Part shown: positions 49,661 through 51,736 of the stretch, piece after piece
How positions within the stretch are numbered: position 1 is the stretch's first letter
Layout of the letters: each line of letters begins with the position of its first letter
Assembly (NCBI GenBank): GCA_025963675.1
Contig: JAOQAJ010000045.1
Span: forward strand, 1 to 51,736
Direction: 5' to 3'
DNA length: 51,736 nucleotides
From: Segetibacter sp.
Lineage (GTDB): Bacteria > Bacteroidota > Bacteroidia > Chitinophagales > Chitinophagaceae
Program-made: the position numbers and the translations under genes
The notes under the pieces: model-generated
Told to the model about the DNA's origin: nothing
Database searches by the model: none
The model's input: only the letters and a program-made list of their open reading frames with translations

Positions 49661-51064
49661 CTACGCCTCCCTCGTCACATCCCAGTTTTCAAATTCTTTA
49701 GCGACTTCAGTAAGAAAGCTTGCACCAACACTTCCATCAACCACCCGGTGATCGTAGCTCAATGAGAGGTACATCATATGCCGGATTCCAATTGCATCAC
49801 CTTCTGACGTTTCTATCACCATTGGTCGTTTCTTTATAAGGCCCACTGCAAGAATAGCAACCTGGGGCTGGTTGATAATCGGTGTTCCGGTTAAGCTTCC
49901 AAATGAGCCTACGTTGGTAATGGTAAAAGTTCCTCCATTGGTATCGTCGGGTTTTAAACGGTTATTACGTGCCGCGTCCGCAAGGTTATTTACCATTTTG
50001 CTTAAACCGACAAGGTTAAGATAATCTGCATTTTTAATAACCGGTACAATCAGGTTGCCAGATGGAAGGGCAGTAGCCATTCCTATATTAATGTCTTTCT
50101 TCAGAATGATACGATCCCCTTCGACAGAACAATTTACATAAGGGTATCTTTTTATCACCTTCGTTATGCAGGCAATAAACATTGGGGTAAAAGTTATTTT
50201 TACTCCTTCCTGCCTTTCAAACTGTTTTTTTACTCTTTCTCTCCACATCACCATATTCGTTACATCTGCTTCTGAGAAACTGGTAACATGCGGGCTTGTC
50301 TGCTTACTGTTTACCATGTGTTTGGCAATCATTTTCCGCATCCTGTCCATTTCTATTATCTCTACATTTCCTGTTGTAGTAAGTGGTTGCGGCGATTCTT
50401 CCCAATCTGTAGCTGTAGCTGGCCCCGGCGAGTTCTCTTTTTGTGTTTGAGCAACTTTTTGAGCTTGCTCAGATTCAACCTTTAAAAATTTACCTTCTTT
50501 TGTATCCGCTACATATTGCAAAATGTCTTTTTTCGTAACCCTTCCTTCATTACCGGTGCCTGGGATGTTTTCAAGTTCGCTCATTGCAATTCCTTCGCTA
50601 TTGGCAATGTTTAGAACCAGCGGGGAATAAAACTTATGATTTCCCTGCCCAGGTAAGTTAATGTTTGTGGGTAAATGTGGTATAAATGGAACAGGCTCAT
50701 CAAAGGTGTCATCATCTGCCCGGTCTTCCACATGTTCATGAGTAAAAGGTTCAAGTGGCTCGTTTGTTTCTGCAATCACCTCAATTTCTGAGTTGGCTTC
50801 TAATGCTTCAGCTGTAGCTTCGGTGCCTGTTTCTATACGTGCTATAACAGTACCAATAGACACGACATCGTTCTCATTATACAATATTTCAGCCAATACG
50901 CCTTCTGTTGTAGATGGAACTTCACTGTCTACTTTATCGGTTGCAATTTCCAATACCGTATCATCCATCTTCACTGTGTCTCCAACTTTTTTTGTCCACT
51001 TCAAAACAGTGGCTTCCATGATACCTTCACCCAGTTTTGGCATTACTAAATCAACTATCGCCAT
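49661..51064 (-). CDS. 2-oxo-acid dehydrogenase E2 (dihydrolipoamide acyltransferase)
   Basis: Lipoyl domain EIATDKVDSE, E3-binding GTGNEGRVTKKD, catalytic SYDHRVVDG. Confidence 0.95.
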   Translation of the reverse strand: MAIVDLVMPKLGEGIMEATVLKWTKKVGDTVKMDDTVLEIATDKVDSEVPSTTEGVLAEILYNENDVVSIGTVIARIETGTEATAEALEANSEIEVIAETNEPLEPFTHEHVEDRADDDTFDEPVPFIPHLPTNINLPGQGNHKFYSPLVLNIANSEGIAMSELENIPGTGNEGRVTKKDILQYVADTKEGKFLKVESEQAQKVAQTQKENSPGPATATDWEESPQPLTTTGNVEIIEMDRMRKMIAKHMVNSKQTSPHVTSFSEADVTNMVMWRERVKKQFERQEGVKITFTPMFIACITKVIKRYPYVNCSVEGDRIILKKDINIGMATALPSGNLIVPVIKNADYLNLVGLSKMVNNLADAARNNRLKPDDTNGGTFTITNVGSFGSLTGTPIINQPQVAILAVGLIKKRPMVIETSEGDAIGIRHMMYLSLSYDHRVVDGSVGASFLTEVAKEFENWDVTREA

Positions 51065-51123
51065 ATCAATTATTTGTTTTTAAAAGAAAGAATGATGAAC
51101 CCGGCTTTATTCTTTCAATGAAT

Positions 51124-51147
51124 CATCCTTGCGTCGCACTCTTGTAC
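51124..51147 (-). repeat. Family A element core (TGCGACGCA subtype)
   Basis: Reverse complement gtacaagagtgcgacgcaaggatg; tail aaagccgggttca. Confidence 0.9.
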
Positions 51148-51460
51148 TTTACATCTTTATGCAGCAAAAACATGCATCCGTATCTACTGTCGCGAGTGCA
51201 AAGATGTTCGATTTACAGGATATAACAAAAGATGGCTGTTTTATACAGGAGCTATTGTCTGGCGAATTTCTTTTCATTAACCCAATACCAATACAAAGAC
51301 ATATAATTCCCATTACAATGTTTATTGTTCTTTTATATTTTCGCCCGAATTTTCACGATGGTATTGTCGCGGTAAAAACTAATGCCCTCACTAACCACCT
51401 GCAGCGGAGGTAGATGGGTGAGTTAGTAAAAAGCATCAAAAATACAACGTCAGAAAGCGA

Positions 51461-51736
51461 TTAAGCAATTGCGGAAAAAGCATTAGGTTTTGTATTTCTG
51501 GTAAATGCTTCAAGGATCCGCATCACTTCTACTCCCTCTTCAGCCGGTGAAGGGTTTGGGCCTTCGCCTAAAAAATATTTAACCACTTTTTCTATCATCG
51601 GCTGTTGAACATGTTCGAGTTTCGGAAAAGTAGTTTTTGAAGAGATGCCGTTTTTTGTAACAGTAATTTGCGGATCGCCAAAAATACTCACGCTGATTCT
51701 ACCTTTAGAACCCGTTATCTCGCAGTTATCTTTCTC
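51461..51736 (-). CDS. C-terminal part of a probable Gfo/Idh/MocA oxidoreductase (truncated by the window edge)
   Basis: Frame is open to the window end: EKDNCEITGSKGRISVSIFG...HVQQPMIE...GPNPSPAEEG. Confidence 0.6.
   Translation of the reverse strand, partial: EKDNCEITGSKGRISVSIFGDPQITVTKNGISSKTTFPKLEHVQQPMIEKVVKYFLGEGPNPSPAEEGVEVMRILEAFTRNTKPNAFSAIA

Overview
This is a gene-dense, AT-rich chromosomal segment from a Bacteroidota genome, most likely Chitinophagaceae-like. That assignment is inferred from a T9SS type-B substrate with its PorP/SprF partner, TAnnTTTG promoter boxes and the housekeeping gene content. Housekeeping genes include prfC, purB, dapF, pyrR, pyrB, coaD, a 2-oxo-acid dehydrogenase E2, an mqnA-like gene and a ypdA-like gene. 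Other coding content is a YbbAP/TesA-type ABC locus with two tandem SGNH esterases, a 2243-aa PKD/T9SS protein and a surface-glycan cluster (YfhO, GT2s, C-methyltransferase, FkbM, GT9, Wzx). No rRNA, tRNA, CRISPR array or transposase was recognised. The most unusual signal is non-coding: most long intergenic spacers carry short repeats. Family A is a ~55-bp bipartite element (GTACAAG-WG-WGYGACRCAAC-RATG, variable spacer, then a GYYGG..CAAAA tail) with 16 copies at 14 loci, a covarying palindromic core and mostly alternating orientation. Family B is a set of composite hairpin arrays on the core CGTTARTCGCAAGT that bracket a four-helix-bundle (IVP/Avd-like) gene and coaD. There are also 7-, 8- and 9-nt-periodic hairpins, and a CCCC..CCCTAAAGGG palindrome family that overlaps coding ends. 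Notable coding oddities are an in-frame TAA splitting a ~946-codon outer-membrane protein gene and a membrane protein with tandem active and degenerate CX5R phosphatase domains. All calls were made by eye from motifs; no database searches were run.
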